Origin: a virus
Strand: one strand, 5' to 3'
DNA: 30,854 nucleotides
IMG/VR virus record: IMGVR_UViG_3300019472_000019
How positions within the stretch are numbered: the first letter of the stretch is position 1; the number at the start of each line of letters is the position of its first letter. Below the pieces are notes generated by a model that did no database searches, was not told where the DNA came from, and saw only the letters and a list, made by a program, of their open reading frames with translations. This document shows, piece after piece, positions 22,090 through 29,809 of this stretch. The position numbers and the translations under genes were made by a program.

Positions 22090-24402
22090 ATGGGAATTAT
22101 TAAAACAGCCATGGGATTAAGGGGCGAGCGACGTGTGAGTGGTGTTGACCCCGCTTTTCAGAGATTGTCAATGTTTGATCACTACCGTGCCAGCAGTTAT
22201 GCGACGGCTTATCCTAATATCCGCACAATTGCTAACAAGTATATGACAGTGCGTCCGTTTGCCATCAACGGCAATGGAGAGCAGATTGATCATTGTGTTA
22301 TTGACGCATTGTATCATCCGAACAAATCTGACAGTTCGGTGGCATTTGCTGAAAAGATAGCCGTTTCGACATTGTCTCTACGGAAGACGTACATTTTGGT
22401 TTGGAGCAACTATGGTGGAGTAGCAAAGCCTGGCGGTGATTTTATGGGGCAGGGTGGCAAGAATATTGCTGGTTTCACGTTCTTGGAGTTTCCGCGGGTT
22501 GAACGAGTTGGCGACAAGACAACATACACAGTCGGCACACAGACGTTTACTGAAGATGAAGTGCTGGTACTGCCTGGTGGCGTCGATCCAAACGACTTGT
22601 ACGCTGGGTATTCGCCATCTGAAGCCTCACGCCGCTGGGCGACACTCGATGATTACATCGCCGATTTCCAGGCTGGCTTTTTCGAGAACGGAGCAGTGCC
22701 AGCTGGTCAGTTCATTATTACCGCACCAACACGGCAGGCTTTCCAGGAGAGTGTGGCGATGTTGCAGGACGCTCATCGCGGAGCTGGTAGCAATAACAAT
22801 GTCACCTACACACACCGACCGGTTGACTCTAAGACCGGCAAGCCATCGACTACCGCGGCTGTTGAGTGGGTGCCGTTCTCGCAACCAAACAAAGATATTG
22901 ACTTCGAGAACTTATTCAAGCAGGTAGACAGGCGAATTGATACGTCATTTGGCGTTTCAGCCATTATGAAAGGCATTGACGACACAGCTACGTACGCTAA
23001 TGCACAGGTGTCAAAGCAGGTGTTTGCTGAGAATGTCGTTGATCCATTATTGCTACGCAACTACACGCAGTTGACACACGAGTTAAACCGAATTACTGGC
23101 GGTATGGGCATAGCTATTACTTACGAGTTCACTATTCCACAGGTGGTCGATGAAGTCAAAGTACAGGCTGAAGCTGATGATATTCGGATTAACAGCATTC
23201 TAAAGTTGGAAGCGGCTGGATACAGCACTGATAGTATTATCGATGCGCTGAAGTTGCCTAATAATTTCAAACTATTACGTAAGGGTGACTATACACCACC
23301 AGAGATTGAAAATGACAAGCCAGACGTTGACGAGGGTGATGAAGTGGCAGACGCGCCAGACCGCCGCAAGGTTGGCGACACGGGGGTTTGGGGAGAAGCG
23401 AACGGCACAAACCCAAAAGCATCAGCCGATAATCAGCCACAGACGCTCGATGACTTTGAGCAGCTGATTTATGATGCAACGACTGAGTTTATGCAGAAGC
23501 AAGTTGATCGAGCTATCGCTGAATCTCGTCAGACGGCCGAAAACAGTACTGAAGAGGATGACGAGCAAAACGAATTTGCCGAAGCGCTACTGTTGATTGT
23601 CGTGGCGCTGATGATAGTTCAGGGAGCAATTTACTTTGAGGATGGTAAGCAGCTACTGATAGATAACGGAGTGTCTACCGCCGAGCTGACAGGCTTTGTG
23701 GTGGCAGCCTCAACACAGGAAGCATATCGAGCATATCTACTAAATGTGGCTCGCTCATACGCTGACGATACAGCCGTCTCAATCCGTCGCGTGCTTGATC
23801 ATGCGGCATCTCATGGCTGGGCACAATCTGAGCTAGAGGAGAAACTGCGTGGCATTATGAAGACCGACGAATGGCGAGTGCAGCGAATGGCTCGCACTGA
23901 GATATCACGAGCCGACGCACTGTCAAGCGTTGAAGCCATGAAGCAAGTGCAAAACCAAACAGGAACGCTAATCGAGAAAGCCATGGAGAGCGAGACTGGC
24001 AAGCCATGTGAGTTCTGCGCCACGTTGATCGATAAGTGGGTGGCGGTTGATGAGCCAATCCTAAGCCTGAATGAGGCAATCATTGGCAGGGACGGCGGCA
24101 TATTCATCAACAATTTTGCGCAGAATGACGGCTACGATGTACACCCGAACGGTCATTGCCATCCGAAGTACCGCGTTGTCAAAGCATATCTGAACGCCGA
24201 GCGACGAATCATTGATGATGAGATGGCTGATCTGGATTTGCGGTGCGAGGAGTGCGGACGCTACCTGAACATCAAGGGTGTGACGCAGATGATCGCACAA
24301 GTACGTTGCAGCAATGCGAAGTGCAAACATGTCAATAACATCAAGATTGTAAACGCCGCCTCGACAGAGAAGCAAATGCGTTATGAGTTCGATAAATCGT
24401 AA
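22090..24402 (+). CDS. Portal protein fused to a MuF/SPP1-gp7-like head morphogenesis domain and a C-terminal Com-like zinc ribbon (770 aa)
   Basis: The N-terminal ~430 aa is portal-like. An acidic, likely disordered linker (PPEIENDKPDVDEGDEVADAPD...) follows. The MuF motifs are EWRVQRMARTEISRADA, GKPCEFCATL and DVHPNGHCHP. The terminal LRCEECGRYLNIKGVTQMIAQVRCSNAKCKHVNNIKIV has two CxxC pairs. Confidence 0.8.
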   Translation: MGIIKTAMGLRGERRVSGVDPAFQRLSMFDHYRASSYATAYPNIRTIANKYMTVRPFAINGNGEQIDHCVIDALYHPNKSDSSVAFAEKIAVSTLSLRKTYILVWSNYGGVAKPGGDFMGQGGKNIAGFTFLEFPRVERVGDKTTYTVGTQTFTEDEVLVLPGGVDPNDLYAGYSPSEASRRWATLDDYIADFQAGFFENGAVPAGQFIITAPTRQAFQESVAMLQDAHRGAGSNNNVTYTHRPVDSKTGKPSTTAAVEWVPFSQPNKDIDFENLFKQVDRRIDTSFGVSAIMKGIDDTATYANAQVSKQVFAENVVDPLLLRNYTQLTHELNRITGGMGIAITYEFTIPQVVDEVKVQAEADDIRINSILKLEAAGYSTDSIIDALKLPNNFKLLRKGDYTPPEIENDKPDVDEGDEVADAPDRRKVGDTGVWGEANGTNPKASADNQPQTLDDFEQLIYDATTEFMQKQVDRAIAESRQTAENSTEEDDEQNEFAEALLLIVVALMIVQGAIYFEDGKQLLIDNGVSTAELTGFVVAASTQEAYRAYLLNVARSYADDTAVSIRRVLDHAASHGWAQSELEEKLRGIMKTDEWRVQRMARTEISRADALSSVEAMKQVQNQTGTLIEKAMESETGKPCEFCATLIDKWVAVDEPILSLNEAIIGRDGGIFINNFAQNDGYDVHPNGHCHPKYRVVKAYLNAERRIIDDEMADLDLRCEECGRYLNIKGVTQMIAQVRCSNAKCKHVNNIKIVNAASTEKQMRYEFDKS

Positions 24403-24491
24403 TCTGTAGTCTTAGAAACAAGACGAGAGCAAGACGCTCAATTGGACGGGCAAGCAGGAGTCGAAAGCAAACTTTAACAAGGAAATAAAGC

Positions 24492-26390
24492 ATGAAGTTC
24501 TGGAAGTGGAGCAATTCCGTTTCATCGAATAATCAAGAGCTTATACTTGACGGGCCTATCGCGAGCGATACCTGGTGGGGCGACGAAGTCACACCTGACC
24601 TATTTCGCGAAGAACTCAAGCAGCATGCGGGCGATTTGACAGTTGTCATTAACAGCCCCGGCGGCGACGTGTTTGCAGGCTTGGCGATTTATAACGCACT
24701 TGTGAATCATAACGGAAATGTCACTGTCAGAGTTGATGGTTTAGCGGCGTCGATTGCATCAGTGATTGCGATGGCAGGCGACAAGATTATCATGTCGCCA
24801 GGCTCAATGATCATGATTCACCGCCCGTCCGTTTATGCGGCTGGTACGGTGGACGACATGGAGAAAGCCAAAGATGTGTTGCTGAAGATCGAGGAGGGAA
24901 TCACACCTATCTACGCCAGGCGAACAGGGCTGAGTGATGAAAAGATCACTGAGCTGCTGGAAGCGGAAACGTGGATGCTTGCCGATAAGGCTGTCGAGCT
25001 TGGTTTTGCCGATGAGGTGTCTGATGCACCAGAGAAGCAAAAGCAAGATGAGGGCGTACAGAATGTGATGGGTATGAACTTTGCATTCAGTATGTCGGCA
25101 GTCAAGCAGGCAGACGCCAAGCCAATGCAGAGCCTGGTTGAACAGATCAAGGCAAAAGCAGAGGCTGAAGCAGCTAAGGCGGCGGAGCCGACCGAAGACG
25201 CAACTGAACCTGAAACGAAAACTGACGAACCAGCGGCACCGGAAGCCGCGCCAGAGGCAGAGCCTACTGACGAAGCTGAGCAATCAGAACCGGAAGAATC
25301 AACTGATAACAATCCTGAGGAGGATACGGAAATGGATCCGAAAGATATTGCAAAGATGCAAATTAAAGAACCAGCTGATCCAGCAGCTGTCGACAAAGGT
25401 ACTGTCGTAAATTACTTGGACACACCAAAGGCATTAGAAGATTTTGCTGACGTGCTGGTAGCACAGGCAGGAGCAGGTGCGGCAGCCGTTCGTGAAGCTT
25501 GGATGGACAAGCTTGAGGCTAACGGTGTACAGATGGCTGTCACTGGTGCTGACAAATTATTCCCAGCCCCAGTTGTTGAGGCAGTTGAGAGTGCATTTAA
25601 GGCTGGCGGACCAATTTGGAACCTAGTCGATAAAACTGGGCTTGACGCTTACAACACCGCTTGGGACACCAACACTGATGGTGCGATGGGTCACCAGGCA
25701 GGCAAAGACAAGAAAGAGGCTACGATTGCTATCGAAAACCGCATACTTGAGGGTCAGTACATCTACAAGTACCTCACCCTTGACAAAGAAACTATCCGCA
25801 AGAACAAGAGCACTGGCTCACTGTTGCGTTATGTATTGCAGGAGTTGCCAAAGCGAATTATCGCAAGTATTGAACGTGCGATCGTTATCGGTGACGGCCT
25901 AGCAAGCAGCAGCGACGACAAGATCAAGTCGTTTATATCTGTTAAAACCGACGCTACGGCTAATAATGTGTTTGCAAAAACCTATACGCCAAAAACAGAA
26001 GAAAGTCGCCGTACTGCTATCTTGAATGCACGCGACCTAATCGAGGCTGAGGGCGACGTTTACATCATCGCAAAGCGCGGCTACCTCACCGCTTTGAAAG
26101 ATGAGCGAGGTACTGACAAGCATATGCTGTACACTCCAGGCGTTAACATTTTGGAAGACTTGGAGCTTGCTGGCAAATTTACGCCACAATGGTTCAATGA
26201 TACCAACGACGCCGACAACGATGCGTACTTGATTGTGTTGAACAACTACAAGGTAGTTGGTGATCAGTCAATCGAGAGCTACACCAACTTTGCATTGAAG
26301 CAGAATAAGCACGAATACTTGCAAGAAATCTTCGCAGGTGGCGGCTTGAGCGGCATCGCAGCAGCAGTGGCTATTAAACACGTAGCCTAA
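24492..26390 (+). CDS. Prohead protease (ClpP/S14-like), acidic scaffold-like linker and HK97-fold major capsid protein fused in one ORF (632 aa)
   Basis: The protease motifs are INSPGGDVFAGLAIYNAL, GLAASIASVIAMAGD and MIHRPS. The linker is AKAEAEAAKAAEPTEDATEPETKTDEPAAPEAAPEAEPTDEAEQSEPEE. The C-terminal ~330 aa is capsid-like, ending IFAGGGLSGIAAAVAIKHVA. Confidence 0.8.
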   Translation: MKFWKWSNSVSSNNQELILDGPIASDTWWGDEVTPDLFREELKQHAGDLTVVINSPGGDVFAGLAIYNALVNHNGNVTVRVDGLAASIASVIAMAGDKIIMSPGSMIMIHRPSVYAAGTVDDMEKAKDVLLKIEEGITPIYARRTGLSDEKITELLEAETWMLADKAVELGFADEVSDAPEKQKQDEGVQNVMGMNFAFSMSAVKQADAKPMQSLVEQIKAKAEAEAAKAAEPTEDATEPETKTDEPAAPEAAPEAEPTDEAEQSEPEESTDNNPEEDTEMDPKDIAKMQIKEPADPAAVDKGTVVNYLDTPKALEDFADVLVAQAGAGAAAVREAWMDKLEANGVQMAVTGADKLFPAPVVEAVESAFKAGGPIWNLVDKTGLDAYNTAWDTNTDGAMGHQAGKDKKEATIAIENRILEGQYIYKYLTLDKETIRKNKSTGSLLRYVLQELPKRIIASIERAIVIGDGLASSSDDKIKSFISVKTDATANNVFAKTYTPKTEESRRTAILNARDLIEAEGDVYIIAKRGYLTALKDERGTDKHMLYTPGVNILEDLELAGKFTPQWFNDTNDADNDAYLIVLNNYKVVGDQSIESYTNFALKQNKHEYLQEIFAGGGLSGIAAAVAIKHVA

Positions 26391-26408
26391 CAGAGAGGGG
26401 CGCAAGAG

Positions 26409-27056
26409 ATGGCAACATTGGTAACTAAAGAAGATATCGAGGGCGTACTTTTACGCCCCCTTTCTGATACCGAGAATAAGTACTTTGAGCAGTTATTGCA
26501 GCAGGTGACAGAGACGCTGGAGACGTTGCTAGATGTCAAAATGCAGGGCGAGGCAAATGTACCACGTCGATATGAGACAACTTGCGGCTCGCGTTTCCTG
26601 ATCATCGATCCGTTCACTAGTCTATTGCCAGAGGTGACGACAGAAAGCGGTATGCCGCTGGTGGTCAAGTCAGTGAGTCAAGGCGACGAACTGAACGCCA
26701 GCTGGTTCAATATCATCGAGATGGTTGATCCACTATCCGCTGATTACTGCATCGTCAAGGCGGCGTGGGGATATGGAACGCCGTTTCCATACGGCTTGAG
26801 AATCCTCATTGCAAGGTTATTCGACACGCTGTCAATAGCTAATCAAGGTAGTTTTTATAACAACGTAAAATCCGAAACAGTGCTGAGTCATTCAGTGACG
26901 TATGACAACACCAAGCAAGTTATCGACCAGTTCGCAGAGGCGAATGTTGATCTACTGGCAAAGTTCGTAAAGCCAATCAGCAGTTGTGTGGTGTCTGGTT
27001 ACACTGATACGCCGCTAAGTCAGCGTGGAGTTCATCGCTATGATATTCCGCGATGA
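26409..27056 (+). CDS. Head-tail connector (gp6-like) protein
   Basis: First gene after the capsid gene. The N-terminus MATLVTKEDIEGVLLRPLSDTENKYFEQLLQ is typical of gp6-like connectors. Confidence 0.5.
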   Translation: MATLVTKEDIEGVLLRPLSDTENKYFEQLLQQVTETLETLLDVKMQGEANVPRRYETTCGSRFLIIDPFTSLLPEVTTESGMPLVVKSVSQGDELNASWFNIIEMVDPLSADYCIVKAAWGYGTPFPYGLRILIARLFDTLSIANQGSFYNNVKSETVLSHSVTYDNTKQVIDQFAEANVDLLAKFVKPISSCVVSGYTDTPLSQRGVHRYDIPR

Positions 27057-27387
27057 CATCACCTTAGTTGCACCCGTAGACGGTGTATATCGCCAGACGG
27101 GGGGCGAGCGGCACAGCGTGAAGTGTGTTGTCGAGCAGACAAGTGGCTTGACCCGCGGCGGTAGCTACGACGCCATGACAGGCGATGCTAGAGCATATCT
27201 GGACGGCCGAGATAGCTGGTTATCGTCAACTGGCTACTCGATCGAGGGATATTTCGCCGAGGTGACGTTGTTTGGTGCTAAGCGGGTGTACCGCGTCGCT
27301 AATGTGGCGGTTGGTAGAGCAGTTATCACCAGCGGCACAGTACGGCACGTCGAGATTGAGCTGGAAAGGCTCGACAGAGAGGTGTAA
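27040..27387 (+). CDS. Head closure / head-tail adaptor protein (putative)
   Basis: I prefer the ATG at 27040 (the track gives 27025). It is 115 aa. The assignment is positional. Confidence 0.45.
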   Translation: MIFRDDITLVAPVDGVYRQTGGERHSVKCVVEQTSGLTRGGSYDAMTGDARAYLDGRDSWLSSTGYSIEGYFAEVTLFGAKRVYRVANVAVGRAVITSGTVRHVEIELERLDREV

Positions 27388-27389
27388 TC

Positions 27390-27731
27390 GTGCCGGTGGT
27401 CGACAATACAGTCGCTGTCAAACGATTCTTCCAGAATCAGGCAGCTACAGGACTAAACGCCATGGCGAATCACACGTTGATGGTTGCTAACCTTACTGCG
27501 CCATTCAAGCATAGGGGGTCGCTAAAGTCCCGCAATGTCGAGGTGCGGCGAATCGGTAGAGATGCTATCAGATTGACATGGAAGCCAGTCTACTCACAGT
27601 ACCAGAACCGCGGCAGGCGTGCAGATGGTACCCATGTGGTACGTAAATACACCACAGCCGGCACTGGTAAAGGTTTCGTTGATGAAGGTGTGAGAAGCAC
27701 CATGAAAGATTACAAGAGGTTTTTTAGATGA
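27390..27731 (+). CDS. HK97 gp10-like neck/tail-completion protein
   Basis: GTG start after AGAGAGG. ANLTAPFKHRGSLKSRNV matches the AP..tG.L..S pattern of the gp10 family. Confidence 0.5.
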   Translation: MPVVDNTVAVKRFFQNQAATGLNAMANHTLMVANLTAPFKHRGSLKSRNVEVRRIGRDAIRLTWKPVYSQYQNRGRRADGTHVVRKYTTAGTGKGFVDEGVRSTMKDYKRFFR

Positions 27732-28114
27732 ATGTAGCATTGGAGATCGCAAAGGTAGTGGCTACTGCCGTTGGTGGAGAGCTTGGCAAAAATGTGTTTG
27801 TCGGGCGATTACCAGCAAACAAAAGCCAAGACGGTATGGCGGCAGTTGCGGCTAGCGGCGGTGAATACGACGGTGGTAACTTAGGCAATACTAAGTTGAC
27901 CACCGAGCTAACAATCACCGTAGTAAAAGCCGATGCGGCCGAGCTGTACGAGCTTGACGGCAAGCTGAGAACAGCATTGATGCAATTGCCGTACACTGAC
28001 GCGAGATTCATTCGTGTGAGTGTATTTCCGATGCAAGACAGTGCCTACGAAGCCTCTGAATTACGGATGGGGGTATGGAGTGCCCAATCTGTAACATTAG
28101 TTTTGAAAGATTAA
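27728..28114 (+). CDS. Tail terminator / tail completion protein (putative)
   Basis: 128 aa with an ATGA-type overlap. It lies immediately upstream of the major tail gene. Confidence 0.45.
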   Translation: MNVALEIAKVVATAVGGELGKNVFVGRLPANKSQDGMAAVAASGGEYDGGNLGNTKLTTELTITVVKADAAELYELDGKLRTALMQLPYTDARFIRVSVFPMQDSAYEASELRMGVWSAQSVTLVLKD

Positions 28115-28130
28115 GCAAAGGAGCAATTAA

Positions 28131-28640
28131 ATGGCAGCAATCGATTACGCCGGCTTGAACCACGATCTGTATTTTGGGGACAAGACTGGTAAAAACTTCA
28201 AGCAAGTTCTAGGTGTGAACGACCTGGACTTTGACAATGACAAGGATGAGGTGACACGTGATTTTATCGACGGTACAAACCTCAAACTTATCAAATCGTT
28301 CAAATCGACTATCAAGTTTAAGGTGACTGACATCGGACAGGACAACCTCAAAAATATCGTGCCTGGTTATGTCTATAACAGTGGCGAGGCGATTGACGGT
28401 ACTACTGGCATTACTGTCGGTACAAAAGGTGCTGTGCAGGTTGGCTTGCAAAAAGGCAGCTCGACACAGGTACCTGGCGTATTCAAGCTGGTGCCGAAAT
28501 TAGCAGCTCAAGCAGGTCATACGTTGTTCATGCTTGACGCTACGGCAACCCTGAGTGACATCAGCCAAGAGGACGGTTTGACTGAGTTTGAAATCAGCGT
28601 GACCGGCAAGCTGATCAAGGGCGACCTGACATTTGCGTAA
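28131..28640 (+). CDS. Major tail (tube) protein
   Basis: 169 aa with an AAAGGAG RBS. A stem-loop follows, then the chaperone pair and TMP, which is the conserved order. Confidence 0.6.
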   Translation: MAAIDYAGLNHDLYFGDKTGKNFKQVLGVNDLDFDNDKDEVTRDFIDGTNLKLIKSFKSTIKFKVTDIGQDNLKNIVPGYVYNSGEAIDGTTGITVGTKGAVQVGLQKGSSTQVPGVFKLVPKLAAQAGHTLFMLDATATLSDISQEDGLTEFEISVTGKLIKGDLTFA

Positions 28641-28647
28641 CAGGGGC

Positions 28648-28672
28648 GACACGGTGCTAAAAACACCGTGTC
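28648..28672 (+). terminator. Stem-loop after the major tail gene; possible partial terminator or mRNA stabiliser
   Basis: GACACGGTG-ctaaaaa-CACCGTGTC forms a 9-bp perfect stem. No clean T-run follows. Confidence 0.35.
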
Positions 28673-28729
28673 AATAGGTAATTTAACAAAAAGTAATGTA
28701 GTTATTACAATTATGGAATGGAGGATGAG

Positions 28730-29113
28730 ATGGCGTTTAAGTTTAATAAAACTCAAAGCCAGACTAATGTGCCGCGTGTTGTCATGGCACTTGAAATGAG
28801 CGACAACGGCAATGTGAGTACCTTGAAATATGTTGTTCCGCGACTGAGCCGCACAAAAGTGGTTGCAACTCAATATGATGCTAGGCGTAGCGTCAAGGGC
28901 GTGGGCGGTGCACAGCTACAGGCAATCGTTTCCAATTCGCTAAGTGGCGAGCTGCTTTCTAGTCTAGAGCCAATTGATGGCGCACCAGAAGTAGATAAAC
29001 TCGTCGAGTTAATCGGAGATGAAAACCTCGAAGCATTCATGACAGAGCTATTCAGACTAGCGACTGAGGATTACGCAACACTTCGTGCTGAGGGGGTCGA
29101 GGTATTGCAGTAA
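28730..29113 (+). CDS. Tail assembly chaperone (G-like)
   Basis: The ATG at 28730 follows GGAGG. It is 127 aa, acidic, and lies between the major tail and TMP genes. Confidence 0.55.
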   Translation: MAFKFNKTQSQTNVPRVVMALEMSDNGNVSTLKYVVPRLSRTKVVATQYDARRSVKGVGGAQLQAIVSNSLSGELLSSLEPIDGAPEVDKLVELIGDENLEAFMTELFRLATEDYATLRAEGVEVLQ

Positions 29114-29409
29114 TGGAAGACCACGAGCAGCAGTACGATCCAGAAAAGCTAGCCTTGCTGATTGAAAAACAGACCAAGGATATTTTGAAGAATCAGAAAA
29201 TCACCGCTGCTGCTCTAGTTTACTACTATCAAATACCGTTTGCTGAGGCGGTAGAGATGCCATACGGAGACTCTGAACTATTAATCAAAGCAGCTCGTGT
29301 ATTCAAGGCACAAGAGGCGTTACAGCAAATGGCAATAATAACCGCTGCGATTGGCGGTAAGAAAGCTAATAAGTTGATTAGTTTGTTGGAGAAGCAGGCA
29401 AAATGGTAG
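29113..29409 (+). CDS. Tail assembly chaperone second ORF (T-like), in the -1 frame relative to 28730..29113
   Basis: 98 aa. Its own ATG overlaps the upstream stop (TAATG). The -1 frame opens at 29092, exactly at a GGGGG run. Confidence 0.5.
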   Translation: MEDHEQQYDPEKLALLIEKQTKDILKNQKITAAALVYYYQIPFAEAVEMPYGDSELLIKAARVFKAQEALQQMAIITAAIGGKKANKLISLLEKQAKW

Positions 29410-29411
29410 GG

Positions 29412-29753
29412 TTATTTGGCAGATTCAAGGTATTTTTCCAGACGAGACTCAAACTCGTCAATATTTTCAATGTCGGAGATGACAAGCGAACCACCAATGA
29501 TTTTTTCGCCAATCGTCGTAATCCCGATGGTATTGCCATTTCGCACAAAGCCCTCTATCGTTCGATAATTGATTGTACGAGTGAGCCTGCCATTTCTGAA
29601 CTTGATGGCGGTATCTGTCAGCTCAAAAGAAACGTTGCGGTATTTTCTATAGGCGAGCCAAGCGGTTACACCAAATGTAATCATGTGCAGCCAAAACCAA
29701 AAAACCAGCTTTTTTATGAGCCACTTTTTAGACAGATGATATTGTTTATTCAT
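29412..29753 (-). CDS. Membrane-anchored bacterial PH-domain (bPH_2/YdbT-like) protein, an opposite-strand moron
   Basis: 113 aa. The N-terminal TM helix is LVFWFWLHMITFGVTAWLAY. It is followed by ELTDTAIKFRNGRLTRTINYRTIEGFVRNGNTIGITT, which matches the bPH_2 pattern. The minus strand has an AAAGGAAC RBS. The overlapping + ORF 29403..29813 shows no protein-like features. Confidence 0.6.
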   Translation of the reverse strand: MNKQYHLSKKWLIKKLVFWFWLHMITFGVTAWLAYRKYRNVSFELTDTAIKFRNGRLTRTINYRTIEGFVRNGNTIGITTIGEKIIGGSLVISDIENIDEFESRLEKYLESAK

Positions 29754-29809
29754 TTAAGAGTTCCTTTCGTCTTATACCACAATCATAGCATAGACAGGGT
29801 AATAACGTC

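Noticed and set aside
22436-22927. 163-aa + strand ORF in another frame of the portal gene
   Set aside because: It lies fully inside the well-supported portal ORF and has an Arg/Ser/Leu-rich off-frame composition.
24804-25396. Two long minus-strand ORFs (159 and 161 aa) and a + strand 109-aa ORF inside the protease-capsid gene
   Set aside because: They cover the GAA/GCA-rich acidic linker, where low-complexity sequence keeps several frames open. They have no RBS and show biased, non-protein-like composition.
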